Source of the DNA: Bryobacterales bacterium
Lineage (GTDB): Bacteria; Acidobacteriota; Terriglobia; Bryobacterales; Bryobacteraceae
DNA length: 64,000 nt
Assembly (NCBI GenBank): GCA_038225555.1
Contig: JBBRRB010000020.1
Coordinates: forward strand, 10,966 to 74,965
Reading direction: 5' to 3'
The stretch's first letter is position 1; every line of letters begins with the position of its first letter. Below are positions 54,538 through 63,977 of this stretch, one piece after another. The notes under the pieces were generated by a model that searched no databases, was not told the DNA's origin, and worked only from the letters and a program-made list of their open reading frames with translations. The translations under genes and the position numbers were made by a program.

Positions 54538-56148
54538 ATGACATTCAATTTTCGACTTGCGATTTTGCTCGCGCTGCCTGCGGTCTGCCCGGCTCAGGTC
54601 CTCTATGAAGATATTTTGAAGGGCCCGGGAGCCAATTGGCTCACATATGCGGGCGATTACCAGGCTCGACGTAATAGTTCGCTGAAACAGATTACGCCTG
54701 AGAATGCCGGTTCGCTGGTTTCGAAGTGGGTCTATCACATGCCGAAGGCGACCGGATTGCGCACCAACCCGATCGTGTACGACGGCGTGATGTACGTCAC
54801 CAACACCAACGAACTGCGGGCGCTGGACGCGAGCTCGGGCCGGCTGATTTGGGAATACAAGGAGACGCGCTCGAAGAAGCAAGCCGTCAATCGCGGGGCG
54901 GCCATTCTGGGAGATCGCGTGTACTTTCTGGCGGCAGACGTTCACCTGGTGGCTCTCGACCGTCGCACCGGCGCGTTGTTATGGGAGAAGAAATATGGCG
55001 ATGTCGAGGATGGAATATTCGCGTCGTCTGCACCGCTGGCGCTGAAGGATCGCATCATTGTCGGCGTGTCCGGCGGTGACACCGGCATGCGCGGGTTCGT
55101 GGCGGCGCTCTCGGCATCCACTGGCGACGAGCTTTGGCGGACGTACACGATTCCCGCTAAGGGCGAACCTGGCTCGGAAACTTGGGGAAATTATCGCGAA
55201 TACGGCGGGGGCGCGACATGGCTTTCGGGTACGTACGATCCCGAGATGAACACGCTTTTCTGGGCTACCGGGAATGCTTGGCCGGATTTTTATGGCGGCG
55301 GCCGGAGCGGGGATAACCTATTTTCGTGCTCCTTGCTAGCGCTCGATGCGGAGACCGGGAAACGCAAGTGGCACTTCCAGTTCACGCCGCACGACACGCA
55401 TGATTGGGATGCGCAGGCTTGGCCGGTGCTTCTGGAATTGCCGTATCGCGGCACTACGCGGAAGGTTGTCGTGCATGCAAATCGGAACGGATTCATGTAT
55501 GTGTTGGACCGACAGACCGGAGAGTACCTGAACGCCACCAGAATCGTGGAGAAACTGGATTGGGCTTCGGGGATTGACGCGAAGGGTCGACCGATTCTGG
55601 TGCCCGATAAGGATCCAACGCCGGGAGGCACGCGCGCTTGTCCGGGCGTGCGAGGAGCTACGAATTGGATGTCGCCATCCTACAATTCGGCCACGGGACT
55701 TTTGTATGTCGTGACTCTGGAGCAGTGCGATATCTATACGAGTTCGGCGAAGGAGCCGGAGCCCAAGAAAAACTTCGCGGGCGGCGGCGCAGGGCCCAAG
55801 CCATCTGAAGTAGGGCAGTTTTTCTTGCGCGCGTTCGACCCCAAGACTGGCGAGAAGAAGTGGGAATATCCTATGACGGGTCCAGCGGAGTCGTGGGCGG
55901 GAACGGTCTCGACGGCCGGGGGAGTCGTATTCTTCGGCGATGATGACGGCCAACTGGTAGCCCTGGATGGAAAGACCGGGAAGCATCTCTGGCATTTTCA
56001 AATGGGCGAGAGCCTGACTGCTTCTCCGATCAGTTATGCGGTGGATGGAAAGCAGTATGTGGCGATCGCTTCGGCGACCGCGATCTTCTCGTTTGGCCTG
56101 TTTGAGCCGATGCAGCAGGGGGAAGCGCCTAAGATTACGATCAAATAA
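54538..56148 (+). CDS. PQQ-dependent dehydrogenase-type eight-bladed beta-propeller
   Basis: Signal peptide. WLTYAGDYQARRNSSLKQITPENAGSLVSKWVY, NPIVYDGVMYVTN..LRALDASSGRLIWEY, HDTHDWDA, LVALDGKTGKHLWHF. No vicinal Cys-Cys anywhere in the protein. Confidence 0.85.
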   Translation: MTFNFRLAILLALPAVCPAQVLYEDILKGPGANWLTYAGDYQARRNSSLKQITPENAGSLVSKWVYHMPKATGLRTNPIVYDGVMYVTNTNELRALDASSGRLIWEYKETRSKKQAVNRGAAILGDRVYFLAADVHLVALDRRTGALLWEKKYGDVEDGIFASSAPLALKDRIIVGVSGGDTGMRGFVAALSASTGDELWRTYTIPAKGEPGSETWGNYREYGGGATWLSGTYDPEMNTLFWATGNAWPDFYGGGRSGDNLFSCSLLALDAETGKRKWHFQFTPHDTHDWDAQAWPVLLELPYRGTTRKVVVHANRNGFMYVLDRQTGEYLNATRIVEKLDWASGIDAKGRPILVPDKDPTPGGTRACPGVRGATNWMSPSYNSATGLLYVVTLEQCDIYTSSAKEPEPKKNFAGGGAGPKPSEVGQFFLRAFDPKTGEKKWEYPMTGPAESWAGTVSTAGGVVFFGDDDGQLVALDGKTGKHLWHFQMGESLTASPISYAVDGKQYVAIASATAIFSFGLFEPMQQGEAPKITIK

Positions 56149-57472
56149 AGGTCTCGCTCACATCAATGACCATGTCAGGTCGAAGCTGCGCGGGTCTCGA
56201 CCAAAACGTTGTAGTCCGCGAGACCACCCACAGCATGCTTACGCCGACGTAAGCCTCCGCGATAGCAACCGACCAAGCCATCCCAATGTGCGCAAAGCGC
56301 GGTGCCAGGGCGAAAGCCATGACAACGTTCAGCAAACCCCCCGATAGTACGATGCGATTCACGGTATGGTCGCGACCGAGCGGCAGCAGCCACTGCGTGC
56401 CGGAAACTGCCAACGCTCCAAACGGAAGCATGAGACTCAAAATGCGCAGCACGGGTACGGCGGCTCCGAAGCCTGGCCCCATCAAGAGCCTGACCAGAAG
56501 CGGGGCCGCAAAGAAAACGACTAGACCGAGCGCCACGCCCAGACCGGACATCAACGCCGCGCCGACTCGCGCCAGGTGGCCTGCGTCCTCCTCGGACGAG
56601 GCCGCCAGACTGCTCAGCCTTGGGTAGAGCGCATCCTGAATGGGCGTGAGAAAGCCAAAAAATGCGACATAGAGCTTCTCGGCACCGGCATAGTAACCGA
56701 CTAGTTGGGGCGCCGCGACCAATCCCAGGATGAAAACGTTCGCGATGCTGTAGAGGCTGGTTCCGCTGCGGAGCAGGAACAAGGGCCATCCCGCAATGAT
56801 GGTCTGGCGAATTAGATCGAATGACGGCATGTGCATCGGGATGTCGCGATACATGATCCACAAGCTGACGAGTGTAGATAACGCGGGTGTGATGGACTGG
56901 ATGACTAACACTTTCCATCCATCCTGAGGTGCATGGACGAAAATGAAAAGACAGGCGACCCCCAGCAGCTTGCCGGAAATGTCTAGGGTGGCCGCTAAAC
57001 GCAGTTTTTCCATGCCTTGCAAAAACCAGACGGGCGCAAATCCTTGGGCCAAAGCCAAGAACATTCCGGCGATCAGTAAAGAAGGATTGGCGCGCAGAAT
57101 GGGGAGCCACTGAACGGCGATCGCGGCTATGCAGCAGGCGAGAACAAACAGCAGGACTTGGGTCCCGATCACGCCCGCCACGATGCGCCCGCAGGCTTCA
57201 GGAGAGTCTCGGTTGCGCGCCACCTCGCGCGTGGCTGAAAGATTGAAGCCGAATTCAATTAGCAGGACGATCAGGCCTCCGAACGACAGAACGAACGCCA
57301 CCGAGCCCCAGCCTGCGGGTCCTAGGATTCTAGCGAGATAGGGGATGGTGATGAGGGGGACAATCTTCCTGCAGAACTGCATTCCATAGAGGGCGAAGGC
57401 ATTCTGGACGAGTTTATTTTTGGAAAGGCGTCGCCCATGTTCGAAGAGGCTTCGCCAGCCGAAACTTGCCAT
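56141..57472 (-). CDS. wzx: Polysaccharide flippase (Wzx/MOP family)
   Basis: About 12 TM. N-terminal KNKLVQNAFALYGMQFCRKIVPLITIPYLARILGPAGWG is typical of Polysacc_synt flippases. Confidence 0.85.
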   Translation of the reverse strand: MASFGWRSLFEHGRRLSKNKLVQNAFALYGMQFCRKIVPLITIPYLARILGPAGWGSVAFVLSFGGLIVLLIEFGFNLSATREVARNRDSPEACGRIVAGVIGTQVLLFVLACCIAAIAVQWLPILRANPSLLIAGMFLALAQGFAPVWFLQGMEKLRLAATLDISGKLLGVACLFIFVHAPQDGWKVLVIQSITPALSTLVSLWIMYRDIPMHMPSFDLIRQTIIAGWPLFLLRSGTSLYSIANVFILGLVAAPQLVGYYAGAEKLYVAFFGFLTPIQDALYPRLSSLAASSEEDAGHLARVGAALMSGLGVALGLVVFFAAPLLVRLLMGPGFGAAVPVLRILSLMLPFGALAVSGTQWLLPLGRDHTVNRIVLSGGLLNVVMAFALAPRFAHIGMAWSVAIAEAYVGVSMLWVVSRTTTFWSRPAQLRPDMVIDVSETFI

Positions 57473-58318
57473 CTATAAATCTTTTACCCAACCCTCGAAA
57501 CGTCCGATGCAGGTGGCCCAACGATAGGACGCCTTCTCCCGGTCGCCTCGGAGAAACGCGATGGCGGAAGCGGCGAGAGGGCGAGCCACGTGGTAGGCCA
57601 CCTCGTGCGGCCCAAACCGATGCTTCTTTAACCATCGTCCCATGCCGCGCCCGTACGCCCGAGCCTTGGAGTTGCTGCCCGCGCTGAAATCCCAGGGCGG
57701 ATGATTCACTTTCACTTCAGGCCGATAGTGGACCACCAGACCCGCTTCCAAAGCCTGCAGCAGATAATCGGTTTCTTCTCCCGATCCCCAGGGAGTGCCA
57801 GCGCCAACGCCTAAGGTTTCATCGAAACGGTTTCCAGCCACTCGGTTGCGCCGCAGGAACATGCTGAACGAGATGCCCCGGCTCCACGCATTCCCGCGCG
57901 TGATTCTGCCGGCTGTACGCCCCCACGCCCCGGCTGTGCTGCTGCCGGTTATGCCGTCCCATTCGGGATGCGCCCTCAGCAGGCGCGCCACCGTCGCGAG
58001 CAGGTCCGGATCGTACCAGCAATCGTCGTCGGGAAACGCGAGGACTTCTCCCGTTGCGTGCTCGAGCCCTTTGTTGCGTGCTTTGGATAGCCCTCGGTCG
58101 GACGTGAGATGCGTGTATCCAAAGCAACCCTGAAAATTCGCGAGAATGTTCGCGACTCGTGCGTCCGTGTTTTGGTCGACGATGATGACTTCGAAGGTTC
58201 GATGGGTTTGGCGGCGCAGCGAATCGAACAGCCTGGAAAGGTCAGCGTCGCTTCGATCCACTGTCGCCAGGATAAGCGAAAACTTTAGCGTAGGGGTCTT
58301 CGCATGCATGTTAACCAT
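57473..58318 (-). CDS. Glycosyltransferase family 2
   Basis: FSLILATVDRSDADLSRLFDSLRRQTHRTFEVIIVDQN and AFPDDDCWY (DxD region). Confidence 0.85.
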   Translation of the reverse strand: MVNMHAKTPTLKFSLILATVDRSDADLSRLFDSLRRQTHRTFEVIIVDQNTDARVANILANFQGCFGYTHLTSDRGLSKARNKGLEHATGEVLAFPDDDCWYDPDLLATVARLLRAHPEWDGITGSSTAGAWGRTAGRITRGNAWSRGISFSMFLRRNRVAGNRFDETLGVGAGTPWGSGEETDYLLQALEAGLVVHYRPEVKVNHPPWDFSAGSNSKARAYGRGMGRWLKKHRFGPHEVAYHVARPLAASAIAFLRGDREKASYRWATCIGRFEGWVKDL

Positions 58319-59444
58319 CTACCGACGGGCCTAGTACCGCGAACCGCCCTCGTATCTGTGTGGGATGAATTGTCTGGTACACGGCAACCGTCTTGCGGAG
58401 CATGGCGCGAACGGTAAACTCTGCTTCATAGCGCGCCCTGCCCGCGACGCCCAAGCTCGCCCGTAGGGTTGGATGAGCAATCAGTTGCTTCAAGCGAGAG
58501 CGAAACTCAACGATCGATCCAGCGGGCACGAGAAAGCCGGTCCTGCCATCGACGATGGCTTCGGCCACTCCGCCGACATTCGACGCGACCACCGGCAGAC
58601 CTGCGCGCATGCCTTCCAGGATTGTCAGCGGGAACCCTTCCCAATTGCTTGGCAGAGCGAAAATATGAGCCGAGGCCAACAGGTGCTCGATGTTCCGGCG
58701 CACACCCAGGAAGTCGACTCGATCCCGAATTCCAAGTTGGACGGCAAGCTCCTCATGTGCCGATCGCGTTGGGCCGTCGCCGATGAATACCACTCTGAAC
58801 GGCTCTTCGATCCCTTGCACGGCGCGCAGCAAATCCGCTTGCGCTTTCTGGGGTGCGAAGCGCGCGATCATCACGATCGTGGGAACTCCACGGCCAGCGG
58901 GCAAGGCGCGGTGAGTAGTATCGGGTATGCCGTTGTGAATCGTGATCAGTTTCTCGGCCGGAGCGATGCAGTTCTTCAGAGCGAGTTGGCGATTTGCTTC
59001 CGAGACGTTGATGATCGCTCCGGACCAGCGAGCCGCGAGTTTCTCAAGCGGAATTCCGATCGCCTTCCACTTCCAAGCGGTGCCTTCCGCAAAGCACCAG
59101 GTGTGAGCCGTGAAGACGCATGGGACGCCATTGATCCTGGCAGCAGCGCGGCCAAGCACCCCGGCTTTTGAGGTGTGCGCGTGAACCAGATCCGGCTTCA
59201 CTTTTGCGATCAAGCGGCTCAAGGCAAGCAAGGCCCGAATGTCGTCATATGGTGAAATCGGCATCACGAGATGTCGAATCAGGTGGACGGGAACGCCTAG
59301 GGTGCGGGCGCTCTCCACCAAGTAGCCATCTTCACCCGTGGCGAGTTCCAGATCATATTCCTGTTTCAGTCCGGCGAGCAGGTCGACGACGTGCCTCTGC
59401 CCGCCCCCCAGTTCGCCGCGCGTAATTATTAGCAGTAGCTTCAT
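58311..59444 (-). CDS. Glycosyltransferase family 4
   Basis: MKLLLIITRGELGGGQRHV, VHAHTSKAG, ALPSNWEGFPLTILEGMRAGLPVVASNVGGVAEAIVDGRTGFLV. Confidence 0.85.
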   Translation of the reverse strand: MKLLLIITRGELGGGQRHVVDLLAGLKQEYDLELATGEDGYLVESARTLGVPVHLIRHLVMPISPYDDIRALLALSRLIAKVKPDLVHAHTSKAGVLGRAAARINGVPCVFTAHTWCFAEGTAWKWKAIGIPLEKLAARWSGAIINVSEANRQLALKNCIAPAEKLITIHNGIPDTTHRALPAGRGVPTIVMIARFAPQKAQADLLRAVQGIEEPFRVVFIGDGPTRSAHEELAVQLGIRDRVDFLGVRRNIEHLLASAHIFALPSNWEGFPLTILEGMRAGLPVVASNVGGVAEAIVDGRTGFLVPAGSIVEFRSRLKQLIAHPTLRASLGVAGRARYEAEFTVRAMLRKTVAVYQTIHPTQIRGRFAVLGPSVDG

Positions 59445-59450
59445 GTAGTC

Positions 59451-60488
59451 TCAGTGGACCTGTCTCATTAACACTTCACGGGTCAGGCTTGCCGTGCGAT
59501 CCCAAGTCAGCTCCCGCGCCCTTGCGAGACCGGCCGCGCTCAGCCCTGTTCTGAGGACCTCGTTGTCGACAATGCGCTCGATGCCTTCGGCGATGGAGTC
59601 GACGTCCTCCGGATCAACCAGCACCGCCGCGTTTCCCACTACCTCTTTTAAGGAGCTTCCGTCGGAGGTGACCACTGGCGTGCCGCATGCCATCGCTTCT
59701 AGAGGCGGTAGTCCGAATCCTTCGTAAAGCGATGGATAAACGAAGGCGAGGGCACCCGAATAGAGCACGGGCAAGTCTTGCTGGTCGATGTAGCCGGTGA
59801 ACTGAACTCGTGCGGGAAGGCGGTCGAATTTCACCCCCGCGAAAACCAGCGATGCCCCTTGGGCGCCGGCAATTACCAGCCGCACGTCTTGGGGCAGGTC
59901 AGGGAAAATGCGCTCCCACGCTTTCAATAAGCGTCCGATATTCTTCCTTGGTTCGAGCGAGCCGACGGAGAGCAAATAGCGGGCTCCCGTCAGCCCCAGC
60001 TTGGCTAACAGTTTGGAAAGGTGGTCCTGAGAAGCTGGCTTGAACTGCGAATCCACGCCGTTGGGGATCACCGAGATTTGTTCCGGATCGACGCCGAGCA
60101 CATTGACCACGCGCTGTTTGGTAAATTCAGAGACCGCAATGACGTGGCTGACCCGCCTGGCGAGTTTCGGCATCAGCCATTGGTACCAAGCCGAAAACCG
60201 GGGATTAAACCACTCGGGATGGTCGAGGGGAATCAGGTCGTGAATGGTGCAAACCTGCCGCGTCACGGCAATTGGGCCGGTATTGTTCGGGCTCCAGAGC
60301 AGCCGCCCCCTGCACGCGGTAGGGAGGTAGAGTTGTTCCCACAAGTGTCCTCGAGATCCCTTTAGGCTTTGGCTCGGCCGGATGACTTGCAGGTCGCCGT
60401 TCATCCGATTCGATACCTCGATCGCGTAACGTTGCATTCCGGTTGGACGGTGGGCGAGAAAGCGGGCATTCAGCGCGATCCTAAGCAT
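59451..60488 (-). CDS. Glycosyltransferase family 4 (mannosyltransferase-like)
   Basis: VGSLEPRKNIGRLLKAW and VYPSLYEGFGLPPLEAMACGTPVVTSDGSSLKEVVG. Confidence 0.85.
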   Translation of the reverse strand: MLRIALNARFLAHRPTGMQRYAIEVSNRMNGDLQVIRPSQSLKGSRGHLWEQLYLPTACRGRLLWSPNNTGPIAVTRQVCTIHDLIPLDHPEWFNPRFSAWYQWLMPKLARRVSHVIAVSEFTKQRVVNVLGVDPEQISVIPNGVDSQFKPASQDHLSKLLAKLGLTGARYLLSVGSLEPRKNIGRLLKAWERIFPDLPQDVRLVIAGAQGASLVFAGVKFDRLPARVQFTGYIDQQDLPVLYSGALAFVYPSLYEGFGLPPLEAMACGTPVVTSDGSSLKEVVGNAAVLVDPEDVDSIAEGIERIVDNEVLRTGLSAAGLARARELTWDRTASLTREVLMRQVH

Positions 60489-61851
60489 GGGATCGATCTC
60501 CCAGCACGTACAATCGATTCATCTTGAGCTCCTGGGCGCGGGCCCGGCTCCTTATGCACACGTAACTGAGGAGCGAAAGAACCACGAAAGCGGGGATTGC
60601 CCGTCCCTCCGCCCAATAAATGATTCGCGGCATTTCCGCTATCCCGATAAAAACGATCGGGTAGACAAAGAGTCCTAAGGGGTGCTTGCGGCAATACAGC
60701 CGATAAAGCCATCCGCATAGCAGGCCCATAATGAGCCAGTACAGCAGCGCCCCAAATACTCCGTAATCGAGAACGGGCAGCAAGTAGCCATCTCCGTTGT
60801 TAAATTCGGGATTGGCACCGACGCCCAGGATAGCCATGTACGGGTCGTCTCCATTGCTGAAGGGAAGATCGGGATATATTGCTCCCACAATGTCGGACGT
60901 AAGCGGGAACCGCCACAGAAAATGCGCTGTGAAGAATGGGGCTCCGGTGGGCTCGATCCGCTGCAAGAGGAGCGCGCCGTTGTTGATCGCGGTGATGTAA
61001 TATCCCAGCAGACGAAGACTTACAAATTGAAAAAAGCTTAGCCTGCCCTCCGCGTAGAAATTCAGCCAAGATCGAAAATACTCTGAAGCGGCGAAGACAG
61101 CCAGCAGAACGCCACCCAAGTATGCAGGCGCGGCCAGCACCGCGACACGAAAGAGGCCCACCATTCTGGGAGAATCGAGGACGGTGAGGCGGATCAGCAC
61201 CACTGCCAGCGGAACCGCCAATTCGATGACCGCTAGCCGCTCGCTATTCAGAATTGCGCGCGCGACTGCAAGCAGAAAGATGATCGACAACTTGATGCGC
61301 ACCTGCTTCCAGCCATGGATTGCGCCGATAATCGCGCCCAAGACCACGCCGATATGACCAAATTGGGTTAAGGTGGTAACCCCGCTGATCGTAACGAGGT
61401 ATTGCTCCTTCATGACATCAAGAGCACCCTTTTGACCGCTTAAGACGGCGAGGATGATCTGCGCGTTCACACCCCGGACCACCGCCGAGCCTGCCCACAC
61501 AACGTAACCGGCAACCGTAAGATAAAAACTCCAGGTGAAAACTCGCAGCAGAAACGGCCAGGGCAGCTCCTGGGTCCAGGCGTACCTGTCTTCATTGGCG
61601 GCGGTATGCGGCCGCGTGCTGCCGGCGAAAGCTCCCGCCGCGAAGGTGGTCACGCAAAGCAGGCAGAGATTCATTGTCTGTAGATCGATCCGCTTTGGCG
61701 TCCGCCAGTATTCGCGATACATCCAGTCGGGGATCAAGTAAGTGGCCGGGATCAGAACGAAGCCCATTAGCGCGACGATCCAGGCCGGATGCAGCCACCA
61801 GACCTCCATATCCGGCTTTAGCCGATGCTGCAATGGCGCGGGGCCTCTCAC
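60481..61851 (-). CDS. Polytopic membrane protein, putative oligosaccharide repeat-unit polymerase (Wzy-like)
   Basis: At least 10 hydrophobic segments. It is the first gene of the minus-strand block of locus B. GTG start at 61851, with an alternative ATG at 61809 (MEVWWLHPAW). The function is inferred from context. Confidence 0.55.
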   Translation of the reverse strand: MRGPAPLQHRLKPDMEVWWLHPAWIVALMGFVLIPATYLIPDWMYREYWRTPKRIDLQTMNLCLLCVTTFAAGAFAGSTRPHTAANEDRYAWTQELPWPFLLRVFTWSFYLTVAGYVVWAGSAVVRGVNAQIILAVLSGQKGALDVMKEQYLVTISGVTTLTQFGHIGVVLGAIIGAIHGWKQVRIKLSIIFLLAVARAILNSERLAVIELAVPLAVVLIRLTVLDSPRMVGLFRVAVLAAPAYLGGVLLAVFAASEYFRSWLNFYAEGRLSFFQFVSLRLLGYYITAINNGALLLQRIEPTGAPFFTAHFLWRFPLTSDIVGAIYPDLPFSNGDDPYMAILGVGANPEFNNGDGYLLPVLDYGVFGALLYWLIMGLLCGWLYRLYCRKHPLGLFVYPIVFIGIAEMPRIIYWAEGRAIPAFVVLSLLSYVCIRSRARAQELKMNRLYVLGDRSHA

Positions 61852-61923
61852 CTTCGATCCTCATGGCCTATGGACCTTTCTTTAGCCATCTGCAATGATC
61901 GTGAATGAGTGCCGGTAAATTGC

Positions 61924-63312
61924 ATGCTGCGAAGGTGTTTTCGGGGATTCATTCTTCTATTTCTTGCTTCGCTAATAGGAGCCGAGAGTCCGTCGATCGT
62001 CAACGTCATCGACTTGGGCGCTCGTTCCGACGGCACTGATGCAGTTCAAACCACGGCGGCTTTCCTGAAGGCGTTCGCGAGCAATCCGGCAGGGGAGGTT
62101 GTCGTGCCCGCGGGCAGCTACTTGCTGGATAACAGCAGCGGGGCGATCGTCGTGCATGATTTCAACGGCCAACTCTCCTTCAAAGGGTCGGCGCTGCTGG
62201 TTTTCACCGCTAACACCAAAGGCGGTATGTGGTTCATCGGCGGAACGGGCGCTCGAGTACAGGGTTTGCGCGCAACTTATCAGAGCGCTCCGACTCGGCG
62301 GAACAGCCCCGAAGAGGAAATCAAGTTTAGCGACACGATTGACACGAGCGTGAGCGACATCTCGGTGTCCAACAGCCCTGCGGCGGGCGTGCTTTTTTAC
62401 AACTGTATTCGACCGAAAGTAACCAATGCCGTTATCCGGGACACCTGGGCGGACGGACTGCATTTTGCGAATTGCCAGGATTCGCAGGCTACAAATGTGA
62501 CCGCGATCAACACTGGAGACGACGGCTTGGCTTTCGTCAACTACGCTGCCGGGCCGAACAATACCGGCGGCGCGGCCTATAACGTCACCGTGCGCGATTC
62601 TCAATCGCGCGGGATAGCCGTAGTGGGGCAATCGAACGTGACAATCAGCAATTTCAGCGTGGACGACACTGCTTCGAGCGGCCTGCTCTGCGCCTATGAC
62701 TCGGCGTACAACACTCGGAAGCCCGCCAACGTGCTGTTCTCCTCTGGAACGGTCTCGAACGCCGGTAAGCCCAACAAACCCATTGGGAATAACTATGGGA
62801 TCGAATACGACGGGCAGGTGAGTTGCTCGTTCTCCGACATCCAAGTGACCGGTTCGGCGGGACGCGGCCTGGCTGGCATGTCGCCCGACGGATCCGTTTC
62901 GGTTGCAAACGTCAGAATTTCGCAAAATCGCGAGGGAGATGCGTTCTCTTTTTTCAAGACCTCGCAGGTGCGGGTGAGCGGCAGCAGCGCGGACACGGCA
63001 CCTGGATATGGCTTTTTCTTCGGACAGTGCGGAACGGTCGTCGCCACGGGATTGAGCGCGCGCAACAGCGGTCAATCCGGTTCCCTTCACCGGGCGATTT
63101 GGTTTGAAGACAATCACTCGATTGCAGCCTCTGGACTCACCGTGCTTGATACTCAGACTCAGCCGACCGGTTTCATTGTGGGCAGCTATGATTCCTCCGA
63201 TGGATCCCAATCGGGAGTGATTAACGGCATCACCTCTGGCATCGATCACGGCTCTTTGTCCATTCAGAATCAATCGCGAAATTTGCGGCTTCAAAATGTC
63301 AGCACGCAGTAG
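61924..63312 (+). CDS. Secreted right-handed beta-helix protein (pectate-lyase superfamily / glycanase-like)
   Basis: The ATG at 61924 gives the signal MLRRCFRGFILLFLASLIGA. VIDLGARSDGTDAVQTTAAFLKAF...VVVPAGSYLL (Pectate_lyase_3-like). PbH1-type repeats follow (NVTISNFSVDDTASSGL..., SDISVSNSPAAGVLF...). Confidence 0.8.
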   Translation: MLRRCFRGFILLFLASLIGAESPSIVNVIDLGARSDGTDAVQTTAAFLKAFASNPAGEVVVPAGSYLLDNSSGAIVVHDFNGQLSFKGSALLVFTANTKGGMWFIGGTGARVQGLRATYQSAPTRRNSPEEEIKFSDTIDTSVSDISVSNSPAAGVLFYNCIRPKVTNAVIRDTWADGLHFANCQDSQATNVTAINTGDDGLAFVNYAAGPNNTGGAAYNVTVRDSQSRGIAVVGQSNVTISNFSVDDTASSGLLCAYDSAYNTRKPANVLFSSGTVSNAGKPNKPIGNNYGIEYDGQVSCSFSDIQVTGSAGRGLAGMSPDGSVSVANVRISQNREGDAFSFFKTSQVRVSGSSADTAPGYGFFFGQCGTVVATGLSARNSGQSGSLHRAIWFEDNHSIAASGLTVLDTQTQPTGFIVGSYDSSDGSQSGVINGITSGIDHGSLSIQNQSRNLRLQNVSTQ

Positions 63313-63323
63313 TTGGAAGCGGC

Positions 63324-63977
63324 TCATTTGATTCCGAACAGGATGCTGGTTACAGTCGACGAAGTTACCCGGATATAGGGTTCGATTTTGCTGATGAATG
63401 TTCTGGGAACGATCAGCATGTCGCCTGCGCGAATCTCGAAATCTTCCCGAACTCCAGACTCTGACATAAGCCGATTTAGGTTAAGCAGCTTGACCTCGGC
63501 ATTTTCCGCGTCCATCTTATGCAGCAGGACAACTTGGGTATGTTTCGAACTCTCCTTGAATCCCCCGCTCTGGGCAATCGCTTCCACCACCGACACGGAT
63601 CCTCGGAGGTCGAATCTTCCCGGATGAACAACTTCACCGGCTACAACAAAGTAAGGCCTGACGTATTCGCGCAACAGCACTGACACTTCGGGCGCGGCAA
63701 GTCGTTCGCCCGCTTTTTGGGAAATCGTCGCCGATGCGGCTTCCAGGGTCAGACCGGCCACCTTGACGTCTCCGGTTAGCGGGAGCGATACGAACCCGTC
63801 GGGTTGAATCGAGACAGTCGCATTGTATTCGGGAGTATATCTGTACTGAACTTCGATTTTGTCCTCCGGCTGAAGCCGGTAGCGCGCATTCCGATCAGTG
63901 AAACCGTCCGGCTGCGCGGCCAAGCTGCACGCACAAACGCCCAAACACAACGCCACTCTCACCATGAGTCCGCTCAT
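63324..63977 (-). CDS. Polysaccharide export protein (Wza-like, short form)
   Basis: Signal MSGLMVRVALCLGVCACSLAAQ. Poly_export pattern PEDKIEVQYRYTPEYNATVSIQPDGFVSLPLTGDVKVAGLTLEAASATI. SLBB-like VVHPGRFDLRGSVSVVEAIAQSGG. Confidence 0.85.
   Translation of the reverse strand: MSGLMVRVALCLGVCACSLAAQPDGFTDRNARYRLQPEDKIEVQYRYTPEYNATVSIQPDGFVSLPLTGDVKVAGLTLEAASATISQKAGERLAAPEVSVLLREYVRPYFVVAGEVVHPGRFDLRGSVSVVEAIAQSGGFKESSKHTQVVLLHKMDAENAEVKLLNLNRLMSESGVREDFEIRAGDMLIVPRTFISKIEPYIRVTSSTVTSILFGIK

Noticed and set aside
61972-63327. 451-aa minus-strand ORF opposite the beta-helix gene
   Set aside because: Its composition is Arg/Gly/Ala-rich and non-protein-like, with no motifs. The plus frame has a signal peptide and PbH1-type beta-helix repeats.
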